A stretch of DNA of 55,975 nt from positions 1-55,975 of the forward strand of contig JAYQOT010000006.1 of assembly GCA_038144955.1 (NCBI GenBank). Direction: 5' to 3'. A model generated the notes under the pieces. That model ran no database searches. It was not told the origin of the DNA and saw only the letters and a list, made by a program, of their open reading frames with translations. Origin of the DNA: Burkholderiales bacterium. Its GTDB lineage: Bacteria; Pseudomonadota; Gammaproteobacteria; Burkholderiales; SG8-41. The position numbers and the translations under genes were made by a program. Shown here one piece after another: positions 1 through 7,192 of the stretch; the stretch's first letter is position 1, and each line of letters starts with the position of its first letter.

Positions 1-280
1 CGGGTCGGATTTTCTCCTTACCGGGAATGCGAGGATCGCGACCATTCACGCGCTCCCGGTCAGCGGCGTCGCGCAGATCAGCCGGCGATGTAACGATACT
101 GGGGATGGTCGATGCAGGTGTGCGCAATGCCGGATTGGCCGGATTCTGCCCACCGATATTGCCTGTGGCGCCATTGCCGTCCGCAGGGAATGGCTGATAT
201 TGCTGGAACTGCGCGTGCCCAACCGTCGCAGTGATTGCAATAACGGGACCGAGCAGGAGTTTTACAAACCAGCGTGACAT
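1..280 (-). CDS. hypothetical secreted protein, N-terminal part (gene runs off the left edge)
   Basis: ATG at 280-278 opens a frame with no stop down to position 2. It begins MSRWFVKLLLGPVIAITATVGHAQ, which is signal-peptide-like, followed by Gly/Asn/Pro-rich sequence. It is open-ended and so absent from the ORF track; the listed 46..240 ORF is a different frame. Confidence 0.35.
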   Translation of the reverse strand, partial: MSRWFVKLLLGPVIAITATVGHAQFQQYQPFPADGNGATGNIGGQNPANPALRTPASTIPSIVTSPADLRDAADRERVNGRDPRIPGKEKIRP

Positions 281-400
281 AGGGCGAAATCCACTGTTGA
301 GTAACTCTTTATTATTGAACCGGAATGCTAACACAGCGGCGACTGTATCCATCCCGTCGTAAACGGGCTGCGGATAGATACCCGCCCCATCTTTTACCAT

Positions 401-433
401 AAAGAAAAAGGCCCGCGATTCGCATCGCGGGCC
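401..433 (-). terminator. rho-independent terminator downstream of tRNA-Arg
   Basis: GC hairpin ggcccgcg-attcgcat-cgcgggcc (410-433), followed on the minus strand by a T-run (complement of the A-rich 401-409). Confidence 0.6.
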
Positions 434-443
434 CTGGCAGTGC

Positions 444-520
444 TGGCGCGGCCGGAGGGATTCGAACCCCCTACCCCTTGGTTCGTAGCCAAGTACTCTA
501 TCCAGATGAGCTACGGCCGC
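444..520 (-). tRNA. tRNA-Arg (anticodon ACG)
   Basis: Reverse complement reads GCGGCCGTAGCTCATCTGGATAGAGTACTTGGCTACGAACCAAGGGGTAGGGGGTTCGAATCCCTCCGGCCGCGCCA. It folds as a cloverleaf with a 7-bp acceptor stem, GTTCGAATC T-loop, anticodon loop CTACGAA and encoded CCA. Confidence 0.95.
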
Positions 521-642
521 TCAAGGGGGCGGATTATAGCAAAAACATCCCCGCCGGCCCATGAAAATGCCGGTTTTTCGGGCTGGTTTGCGCCGGTGGC
601 ATTGGTTAGCATGCAGGCCTTGATGATCCGGGGAGCATGGCA

Positions 643-1530
643 ATGAAAATCGGGGTAGCGGGTATCGGCAGGATGGGCGCGGCGATCGCGGAGCGGCTGC
701 TCAAGCATGGTCATTCAGTAACAGTTTGGAACCGCACCACGGCCAAGGCACAGGCCCTGGCCGCGCACGGCGCTACCGTCGCCGCGACACCGGCAGAACT
801 CGCCGCTGCGTCCGACATCGTGCTGTCGATCCTGACGGACGCCAAGGCGGTATCCGCAGCCTACGACGGTGCCAACGGGCTGCTCTCGGGGGACGTCAAA
901 GGCAAACTGTTCGTTGAAATGAGCACGGTGCGACCTGACTCCCAGCGCGTGCTGGATCAGCGCATACGCTCCAGGGGTGCAGCCATGATCGATTGCCCGG
1001 TCGGCGGTACCACCGGCCCCGCACGAGAGGGCAAGCTGCTGGGGTTTGTCGGCGGCGATGCCGCGGATCTGGCTCGCGCACGACCGGTGCTGGAGCAACT
1101 GTGCCGCCGGATCGAGCATGTCGGCCCGGTCGGCGCCGGCGCCAGCCTGAAACTGGCGATCAACCTGCCGCTGCTGGTCTACTGGCAGGCCTGCGCCGAG
1201 GCGCTCTCGCTGTGCCAGCCGCTGGGACTGGATCCGGCGCGGGTCATCGACATTTTTGCCGACACTTCCGGCGGTCCCAACATGCTGAAAACCCGCGGCC
1301 CGATGCTGGCGGCGGCGCTGGGCGGAAAAATCCCTGAAAACGTTACCTTCGACATCGATTCGATCCGCAAGGACCTCGCGACCATGATCGAGGAAGGCCG
1401 TGCGCTGGGTTATGACCTGCCGGTGACGGCACAGGCGCTGCAGTGCTTCGATGTCGCATCCCGAGCCGGGCTCGGCAAAGCCGATGCGGCGATGCTGCCA
1501 GTGAGTTGGTTGCAAAAAAAAGGCCGGTAG
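643..1530 (+). CDS. NAD(P)-dependent beta-hydroxyacid dehydrogenase family protein (3-hydroxyisobutyrate / 6-phosphogluconate dehydrogenase-like)
   Basis: N-terminal Rossmann motif MKIGVAGIGRMGAAIAERL and a length near 295 aa are typical of the family. The second ATG (643) has better spacing to the GGGGAG Shine-Dalgarno than the track start at 637. Confidence 0.8.
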   Translation: MKIGVAGIGRMGAAIAERLLKHGHSVTVWNRTTAKAQALAAHGATVAATPAELAAASDIVLSILTDAKAVSAAYDGANGLLSGDVKGKLFVEMSTVRPDSQRVLDQRIRSRGAAMIDCPVGGTTGPAREGKLLGFVGGDAADLARARPVLEQLCRRIEHVGPVGAGASLKLAINLPLLVYWQACAEALSLCQPLGLDPARVIDIFADTSGGPNMLKTRGPMLAAALGGKIPENVTFDIDSIRKDLATMIEEGRALGYDLPVTAQALQCFDVASRAGLGKADAAMLPVSWLQKKGR

Positions 1531-1544
1531 AACCGGCCTTTTTC
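1514..1544. terminator. bidirectional rho-independent terminator between convergent genes
   Basis: A7 run, hairpin aggccgg-tagaa-ccggcct, then a T-run. The TAG stop of the dehydrogenase sits in the loop. Confidence 0.7.
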
Positions 1545-1562
1545 AGATGACCACCAGGTCAA

Positions 1563-2531
1563 TCAGTCTGCGCGCATCTTGCGTTCGCGGATCACGCGCT
1601 CCCATTTCTTCAGTTCGGCGTCCAGATGCTTGCCGAGTTCGGCAGGCGTAGAACCGATCACTTCAAGTCCTTCGGCCTCGAAACGCTTGACGAATTCCGG
1701 CGCGGCCATCGCCTTGCTGAAGGCGCTGTTCAGCGTGTTGATGACGTCCGGCTTGGTGCCCTTAGGCGCCATCACGGCAAACCAGGCGGTGAATTCATAG
1801 CCGGGCAGCACGGAGGCAATCGTCGGTACCGTCGGCAGTGCCTTGACCGGCTTCAGACTGGTCACACCCAGCGGACGCAGCCGCTTGGAGTTCATGTAAC
1901 CCACCGCACCGGCCACCGCTGAAAAGCTCACACCGACCTCACCGCTCAGCGCGCCCACCAGCGCCGGACCGCCGCCCTTGAATTGCACGGCAACGATGTT
2001 GGTCTTGGCCAGCAGGTTGAACAGCTCGCCGGCAATGTGCGGGTTGGTGCCGACACCGGCGCCGCCGTAATTGAGTTCGCCCGGACGCGACTTGGCGAGC
2101 TTGATCATGTCGCGGATCGAATTCGCCGGAATCGACGGATGCACGCTCAGCACCGACGGCGTCGACGACAGCAGGATCACCGGCTCGAAGTCCTTCTTCA
2201 GATCATAGGGGACTTTTTTGTACATCTGGGTGTTGGTGACCATCGGGGTGGTGTTGATGAGGATGGTGTAGCCGTCCGGCTCGGACCGCGCCACCGCGCT
2301 GGTGCCAACGATGCCCGAAGCGCCGGAACGGTTGTCGATCAGCACCTGCTGGCCGACCAGTTCGGCGACCTTGGGGCCGACCAGGCGCGCAGTCACGTCC
2401 ACGCTGCCGCCGGGCGGAAACGGCGCCACCAGCCGGATCGGCCGCTCGGGGTATTTGCCCTGTGCCCACGCACTGCCGGCAGCAGCCAGCATGCATCCGC
2501 ACAACATCATCAAGCCTGTTTTTTTGAACAT
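1563..2531 (-). CDS. Bug family (TctC-like) tripartite tricarboxylate transporter substrate-binding protein
   Basis: The internal ATG at 2531 is preceded by GAGGAG. It gives signal peptide MFKKTGLMMLCGCMLAAAGSAWA followed by the hallmark YPERPIRLVAPFPPGG. The 71-codon upstream extension in the track has non-protein-like, Arg/Ser-rich composition. Confidence 0.85.
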   Translation of the reverse strand: MFKKTGLMMLCGCMLAAAGSAWAQGKYPERPIRLVAPFPPGGSVDVTARLVGPKVAELVGQQVLIDNRSGASGIVGTSAVARSEPDGYTILINTTPMVTNTQMYKKVPYDLKKDFEPVILLSSTPSVLSVHPSIPANSIRDMIKLAKSRPGELNYGGAGVGTNPHIAGELFNLLAKTNIVAVQFKGGGPALVGALSGEVGVSFSAVAGAVGYMNSKRLRPLGVTSLKPVKALPTVPTIASVLPGYEFTAWFAVMAPKGTKPDVINTLNSAFSKAMAAPEFVKRFEAEGLEVIGSTPAELGKHLDAELKKWERVIRERKMRAD

Positions 2532-2653
2532 CTGGTTCTCCTCGGTTGAATTTCGTCCGCCCTTTTGCCGATATTCACTGATTCGGGCGTGGCCGGTGAT
2601 GGACCGGTCATTACACAGTGTGGATTTTAATACATCCGGTGACCCATTTAACA

Positions 2654-2810
2654 CCGGGATTGTGCCGGACCCGCCTTGCGGCGATCCGTCATCCCTCGCT
2701 GACGCTCGTGACCGCTGCGCTCTGCACAGCGTCCTGCGCGACACGCCCCGCGTGTCGCTGGTCGAACCAGAGGCTTCTCTCTACTCCCTTTCCGCCAATA
2801 AAAATGGCCC
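2654..2810. repeat. structured intergenic repeat, copy 1 of 2 (tandem, period about 189 bp)
   Basis: Near-identical to 2843-2999 except for a short central segment. Contains the perfect hairpin gcgacacgc-ccc-gcgtgtcgc (2738-2758). Confidence 0.9.
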
Positions 2811-2842
2811 ACGCCGGCCCGACCCTATATGGAAGCGCATTT

Positions 2843-2999
2843 CCGGGATTGTGCCGGACTCGCCTTGCGGCGATCCGTCATCCCTCGCTGCCGCTCGGAA
2901 CCGCCGCGCGGGCGCGGCGTCCTGCGCGACACGCCCCGCGTGTCGCTGGTCGAACCAGAGGCTTCTCTCTACTCCCTTTCCGCCAATAAAAACGGCCCC
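2843..2999. repeat. structured intergenic repeat, copy 2 of 2
   Basis: The same 48-nt 5' block (ccgggattgtgccggac.cgccttgcggcgatccgtcatccctcgctg) and about 95-nt 3' block as copy 1, including hairpin 2926-2946. Ends in the terminator hairpin next to tRNA-Ser. Confidence 0.9.
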
Positions 3000-3016
3000 G
3001 CAAGGGGCCTTTTTTA
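2985..3016. terminator. rho-independent terminator (usable on both strands) abutting tRNA-Ser(GCT)
   Basis: Hairpin ggcccc-gcaa-ggggcc (2994-3009), flanked by A-run aataaaaa on the left and T6 on the right. Confidence 0.7.
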
Positions 3017-3017
3017 T

Positions 3018-3110
3018 TGGCGGAGAGAGAGGGATTCGAACCCTCGATAGGCTTTTTGAGCCTATACTCCCTTAGCAGGGGAGCGCCTTCGACCACTCGG
3101 CCATCTCTCC
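3018..3110 (-). tRNA. tRNA-Ser (anticodon GCT)
   Basis: Reverse complement reads GGAGAGATGGCCGAGTGGTCGAAGGCGCTCCCCTGCTAAGGGAGTATAGGCTCAAAAAGCCTATCGAGGGTTCGAATCCCTCTCTCTCCGCCA. It has a long variable arm, anticodon loop CTGCTAA and encoded CCA. Confidence 0.95.
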
Positions 3111-3289
3111 GGTACTCTTTTCTACAACAAGCCTGTTCAGCCAACTTCCAATTCTTTTACCTGACCGGTCTCGGCGCTGGGGCGCTGAATGTTACGACGG
3201 CTGCGCCGTGACCACACGGTTAACTCTCAAAATTTACTCATTTTCAGTCGGCAAAGGATACCACAGCCACCCAGCCGACCCGCCCTCCG

Positions 3290-4516
3290 TCACGCCGCTT
3301 GATCGAGCGCAAACGCCTTGTGCAGCACGCGGACAGCCAACTCGGTATATTTCTCGTCGATCACCACCGAGACCTTGATTTCCGAGGTCGAGATCATTTC
3401 GATGTTGATGCCTTCCTCGGCAAGGCTGCGGAACATGGTGCTGGCAATGCCCGCGTGCGAGCGCATGCCGACACCGACCACCGACACCTTGGCGATCTTG
3501 TCGCCACCCTGAATGCCGCGCGCCTTGGTGTGCTTGACGATCGGGTCCAGCACTTTCAGCGCCTTCTGGTAGTCGTTGCGGTGCACGGTGAACGAGAAGT
3601 CGGTCATCCCGTCGTGACCGACGTTCTGCACGATCATGTCGACGTCGATGTTGGCGTCACCGATGGGGCCGAGTATCTGGTATGCAATGCCCGGCTTGTC
3701 GGGCACACCGAGCACGGTGATCTTGGCTTCGTCCTTGTTGAACGCAATGCCTGAAATGACGGCTTTTTCCATGTCCTTGTCTTCCTCAAACGTGATCAGC
3801 GTGCCGTCACCCTCGTCCTCGAAGCTGGACAGCACGCGCAAACGCACTTTGTACTTCCCTGCAAACTCGACCGAACGGATCTGCAGCACCTTGGAGCCGA
3901 GGCTGGCCATCTCCAGCATTTCCTCGAAGGTGACAGTCTTCAGCCGCCGCGCCTCGGGAACGATGCGCGGATCGGTGGTGTAGACGCCGTCGACATCGGT
4001 GTAAATCTGGCATTCCTCGGCTTTCAGTGCCGCTGCCAGCGCCACACCGGTGGTATCGGAACCGCCACGGCCCAGCGTGGTGATATTGCCCGCTTCGTCT
4101 ACACCCTGGAAACCGGCAACGACCACCACCCGTCCCGCCTTCAGGTCGGCGCGCATCGCCGCTTCGTCGATGCTGAGGATGCGCGCCTTGGTGTAGGCAT
4201 TGTCAGTGAGGATTTTCACCTGGCCACCGGTATAGCTGCGCGCCGGCACGCCGATTTCCATCAGCGCCATCGACAGCAGCGCAATGGTCACCTGCTCGCC
4301 GGTGGATACCATGACGTCGAGCTCGCGCGGGTCAGGCTGCGCCTGGACTTCCTTGGCCAGCGCAATCAGTTTGTTGGTCTCGCCGGACATCGCCGAAACG
4401 ACCACCACCAGGTCGTGACCCTGCGCCTTCCAGCGCGCCACCCGCCGGGCAACGTTCTTGATGCGCTCTGGGCTGCCGACCGAGGTGCCGCCGTATTTTT
4501 GGACTATCAATGCCAT
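3290..4516 (-). CDS. lysC: aspartate kinase
   Basis: [19 protein letters not shown] start with the KYGGTS motif, an amino-acid kinase fold, and two C-terminal ACT-like repeats; 408 aa. Confidence 0.95.
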   Translation of the reverse strand: MALIVQKYGGTSVGSPERIKNVARRVARWKAQGHDLVVVVSAMSGETNKLIALAKEVQAQPDPRELDVMVSTGEQVTIALLSMALMEIGVPARSYTGGQVKILTDNAYTKARILSIDEAAMRADLKAGRVVVVAGFQGVDEAGNITTLGRGGSDTTGVALAAALKAEECQIYTDVDGVYTTDPRIVPEARRLKTVTFEEMLEMASLGSKVLQIRSVEFAGKYKVRLRVLSSFEDEGDGTLITFEEDKDMEKAVISGIAFNKDEAKITVLGVPDKPGIAYQILGPIGDANIDVDMIVQNVGHDGMTDFSFTVHRNDYQKALKVLDPIVKHTKARGIQGGDKIAKVSVVGVGMRSHAGIASTMFRSLAEEGINIEMISTSEIKVSVVIDEKYTELAVRVLHKAFALDQAA

Positions 4517-4612
4517 GGCAAAAGTGAATCGGGTCGTTGCGTCAAAAAGGGGCGTATTTTATTGGATTTTCAGGGGAAAAACGAGGTTTTCAGGGGTGTT
4601 TTCGCAGCGGCT

Positions 4613-4621
4613 TGCTATAAT
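4613..4621 (+). promoter_or_regulatory. candidate extended -10 promoter (TGcTATAAT) for queD
   Basis: tgctataat lies at 4613-4621, with the hexamer ending 9 nt before the queD ATG. There is no Shine-Dalgarno in between, and no good -35. Confidence 0.3.
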
Positions 4622-4630
4622 CCGCGCCCC

Positions 4631-5080
4631 ATGCGCATCACCCGCAGGCTGGAATTCGACGCCGGCCACCGCATCCCCAACCACGGCAGCCAGTGCCGCC
4701 ATCTGCACGGCCACCGCTACGCCCTCGAAGTCACCCTGAGCGGCCCGGTGATCACCACCGACGGCGCCGCCGATCAGGGCATGGTTGCGGACTTTTCAGC
4801 GGTAAAAGCCATCGCCGCGCAGCATGTCGTCGAGCCCTGGGACCATGCCTTCCTCGCCTGGCGGCAGGACCGGGTGGTGACGGAATTTCTGGCCGCCATC
4901 CCCGGCCACAAGACGGTGCTGTTCGACGCCCCGCCTACGGCCGAGCACCTGGCGCACACCGCCTATGCCCTGCTCGAACCCCTCTACCGTGATTGTTACG
5001 GCAAAAAGCTGGTGCTGGAGCGGGTGCGGATTTACGAAACCCCGAACTGCTGGGCCGACGCCGTGCGCGGAGAAATCTGA
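4631..5080 (+). CDS. queD: 6-carboxy-5,6,7,8-tetrahydropterin synthase (6-pyruvoyl-tetrahydropterin synthase family)
   Basis: MRITRRLEFDAGHRIPNHGSQCRHLHGHRY carries the Zn-binding His residues and the C-x3-HGH motif of QueD/PTPS; 149 aa. The track ORF starts at 4415, but that extension overlaps lysC antisense. Confidence 0.85.
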   Translation: MRITRRLEFDAGHRIPNHGSQCRHLHGHRYALEVTLSGPVITTDGAADQGMVADFSAVKAIAAQHVVEPWDHAFLAWRQDRVVTEFLAAIPGHKTVLFDAPPTAEHLAHTAYALLEPLYRDCYGKKLVLERVRIYETPNCWADAVRGEI

Positions 5081-5090
5081 GTCCAGCAGC

Positions 5091-6092
5091 TCAGCGGATG
5101 TCCAGCAGTTCCGCCAGGTTCTGCCACAGGATTCTTTCTTTCTCCTGCGCCGTCAGCGACTGCATGTTCTGCAGCCAGGCCACAGGTGACGGATGCCAGG
5201 GCACGAACGGCCAGTCGCTGCCCATCACCACGCGGTCGGCGCCGACACGGTCGATCAGGAAGCGCAGCGCTGCTTCATCGCCGGTGACGGTGTCGTAATA
5301 CAGTTTTTTCATGTACGCACTCGGCGGCTGTGAAGTGGCGCGTCCGCCCGGACGATCATGCCAGTTGCGGTCGAGGCGCCCCATCGCGTAGCACACCGGC
5401 CCGCCGCCGTGGGCGATGCACACCTTGAGGTCCGGGCATTTCTCCAGCACACCGCTGCACAACAGCACCGCAGTGACAATCGCGTCGTCGAGGATGACGC
5501 CCATGCTGTTGTTCATGCCGTAACCCTTGACCCGCTTGAGCAGGAAGTTGTTCTGCGGCTGGGGGTGATAGAACAGCAACGCTCCCATCTGTTCGGCCGC
5601 CTTGAAGAACGGCAGGAACCGGGGGTCATCCCACTGCACATCATTGACATGGGTATCCAGCGCAGCCCCCTTCAGCCCCAGCTTGGTCACCGCACGTTCG
5701 AGCTCCTGTATCGCCAGCCCGACATCCTGCATCGGCAGCGTGGCAAGACCGGCCAGACGATCCTTTCTCGCACGTGCGGTTGCGCTGATCTCGTCATTGA
5801 ATTCACGCGCCAGCGCCAGCCCCTGCTGTGCATCAAGGTCGTAGCCGACCAGCGGCATGTGGATCGACAGCACCTGGACGTCGACTTTCTGCTCGTCCAT
5901 GTCCTTCAGCCGTTCTTCCAGCGTGTATTTCACCTTGGGGCTGGTGAAATGGGTCTGTCTGCCGCAGCCGTCCACCACCGCACCGAGGCCTTTACCTGCG
6001 GTGTGGTGGAACCCGTACCAGTCCCGCTTTTCCTCGACTGCCTTCCACAGCGAGTCCGGAATGATATGGGCATGGATGTCGATTGATTTCAT
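5091..6092 (-). CDS. amidohydrolase_2 family protein (ACMSD/LigW-like metal-dependent decarboxylase/hydratase superfamily)
   Basis: MKSIDIHAHIIP with H-x-H at the N-terminus, an internal ..CIAHGGG.. and ..GSDWPF.. near the C-terminus are typical of this TIM-barrel family; 333 aa. Confidence 0.75.
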   Translation of the reverse strand: MKSIDIHAHIIPDSLWKAVEEKRDWYGFHHTAGKGLGAVVDGCGRQTHFTSPKVKYTLEERLKDMDEQKVDVQVLSIHMPLVGYDLDAQQGLALAREFNDEISATARARKDRLAGLATLPMQDVGLAIQELERAVTKLGLKGAALDTHVNDVQWDDPRFLPFFKAAEQMGALLFYHPQPQNNFLLKRVKGYGMNNSMGVILDDAIVTAVLLCSGVLEKCPDLKVCIAHGGGPVCYAMGRLDRNWHDRPGGRATSQPPSAYMKKLYYDTVTGDEAALRFLIDRVGADRVVMGSDWPFVPWHPSPVAWLQNMQSLTAQEKERILWQNLAELLDIR

Positions 6093-6167
6093 GATGTCCT
6101 TTTTATGCTTTCAGTAAAAAATGCAGCACAACCCGTGCTGGCGCAGACTTCATAATCCAACTCCCGG

Positions 6168-7133
6168 TCAGCGGGCTGAGACTCCGGTTGCCTTGACCAC
6201 TTCCGCCCACTCCCGGACATCGCGCTCCATCGCCTTGCGTACTTCAGCGGGACTCTGCGACAGGGTTTCCGCGGCGTTGGTGGCATAAAGTTCCTTGGCT
6301 TTCGGGGTATCAGATGCCCTGGAGAACTGGGCATAGAGCAGATCCACGACGTTCTGCGGCGTACCGGCGGGCGCCAATACACCGGCAATGACCGCACCTT
6401 CCACATCCTTCACGGTTTCACCGATGGTCGGAATGTCCGGCAGGTACGGCGAACGTTTGGCGGCAGCCAGCCCCAGGGCAACGATCTTGCGCTCCCGCAC
6501 ATGCTGGATGCTCGCCGGTACAGTGGCCATGACCATGGCCACCTCACCGCTGCGCAAGGCCACGATCGGCGTATTGCCACCCTTGTAGTTGACCGCGATG
6601 ACTTCGATACCAGCGCGCATGCGAAATTTTTCAGCAGTCATGTGGGTCACGGTACCCAGTCCGGAATTACCCAGCGTGATGCCCGGGGTGCGTTTCGCCA
6701 GCTTGACCAGTTCGCCCACCGTTTTCACGCTGACGGAAGGATGGGCTACCAGCAACAACGGGGATGAGTTGACCGCAGTGACAGGAGTGAAATCCTTCAT
6801 CGGATCGTAGGCCAGCTTGGCATACAGCGAACGGGTGATCGTGTGCGTGGAGAGGTCCGTATAGAACAGCACGTGACCGTCGGCCGGAGACCGTGCCACG
6901 AATTCAGCTGCGATCGTAGTGCCCGCCCCCGGCCGGTTCTCGACGATGACCTGCTGACCCAGGCCCTTGGTCATCTCCGCTGCCGCCATGCGGGCGAAGA
7001 TGTCGGTGGCGCCACCGGGCGCAAAAGGCACCACCAGCCGGACCGGCCTTGTCGGATACGACTGAGCGTGTGCAGACGGCAACAGCAGCGCCGCCACGAC
7101 TAATGCAAGAGTGCTTCCCAATAACCTGTTCAT
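6168..7133 (-). CDS. Bug family (TctC-like) periplasmic substrate-binding protein
   Basis: ATG at 7133 is preceded by AGGAGGAG. Signal peptide MNRLLGSTLALVVAALLLPSAHA, then QSYPTRPVRLVVPFAPGGATD. Confidence 0.85.
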   Translation of the reverse strand: MNRLLGSTLALVVAALLLPSAHAQSYPTRPVRLVVPFAPGGATDIFARMAAAEMTKGLGQQVIVENRPGAGTTIAAEFVARSPADGHVLFYTDLSTHTITRSLYAKLAYDPMKDFTPVTAVNSSPLLLVAHPSVSVKTVGELVKLAKRTPGITLGNSGLGTVTHMTAEKFRMRAGIEVIAVNYKGGNTPIVALRSGEVAMVMATVPASIQHVRERKIVALGLAAAKRSPYLPDIPTIGETVKDVEGAVIAGVLAPAGTPQNVVDLLYAQFSRASDTPKAKELYATNAAETLSQSPAEVRKAMERDVREWAEVVKATGVSAR

Positions 7134-7192
7134 GGTCTCTCCTCCTTTGCAATGCATGGTTTTGTCACGTTGTTCTTGCGTTTCCGAATTGA

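Noticed and set aside
46-240. 64-aa minus-strand ORF from the track
   Set aside because: A different minus frame, starting at 280 with a signal-peptide-like N-terminus, stays open to the window edge and is more protein-like. The 64-aa ORF is Arg/Ser-rich.
2532-2744. N-terminal extensions offered by the track for several genes: 1563..2744, 4415..5080, 6168..7157, 14863..15630, 15700..16341, 17760..18944, 25207..25962 and 29636..30367
   Set aside because: In each case an internal start with a good SD gives a family-typical N-terminus (signal peptide, P-loop, H-x-H). The extension either overlaps the neighbouring gene or has non-protein-like composition.
2755-2800. tRNA-like 3' fragment in the repeat (ctggtcgaaccagagg....tccgcca)
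   Set aside because: The putative T-arm has a 5-nt loop rather than 7. No acceptor or anticodon arms can be drawn, and it differs from the T-arm of the adjacent tRNA-Ser. It is not a tRNA or pseudo-tRNA, and is kept only as part of the repeat description.
4517-4630. Lysine riboswitch upstream of lysC, or preQ1 riboswitch upstream of queD
   Set aside because: The 114-nt divergent spacer is too short for an L-box. I cannot find the preQ1 aptamer hairpin with the A-rich tail between the candidate promoter and the queD ATG.
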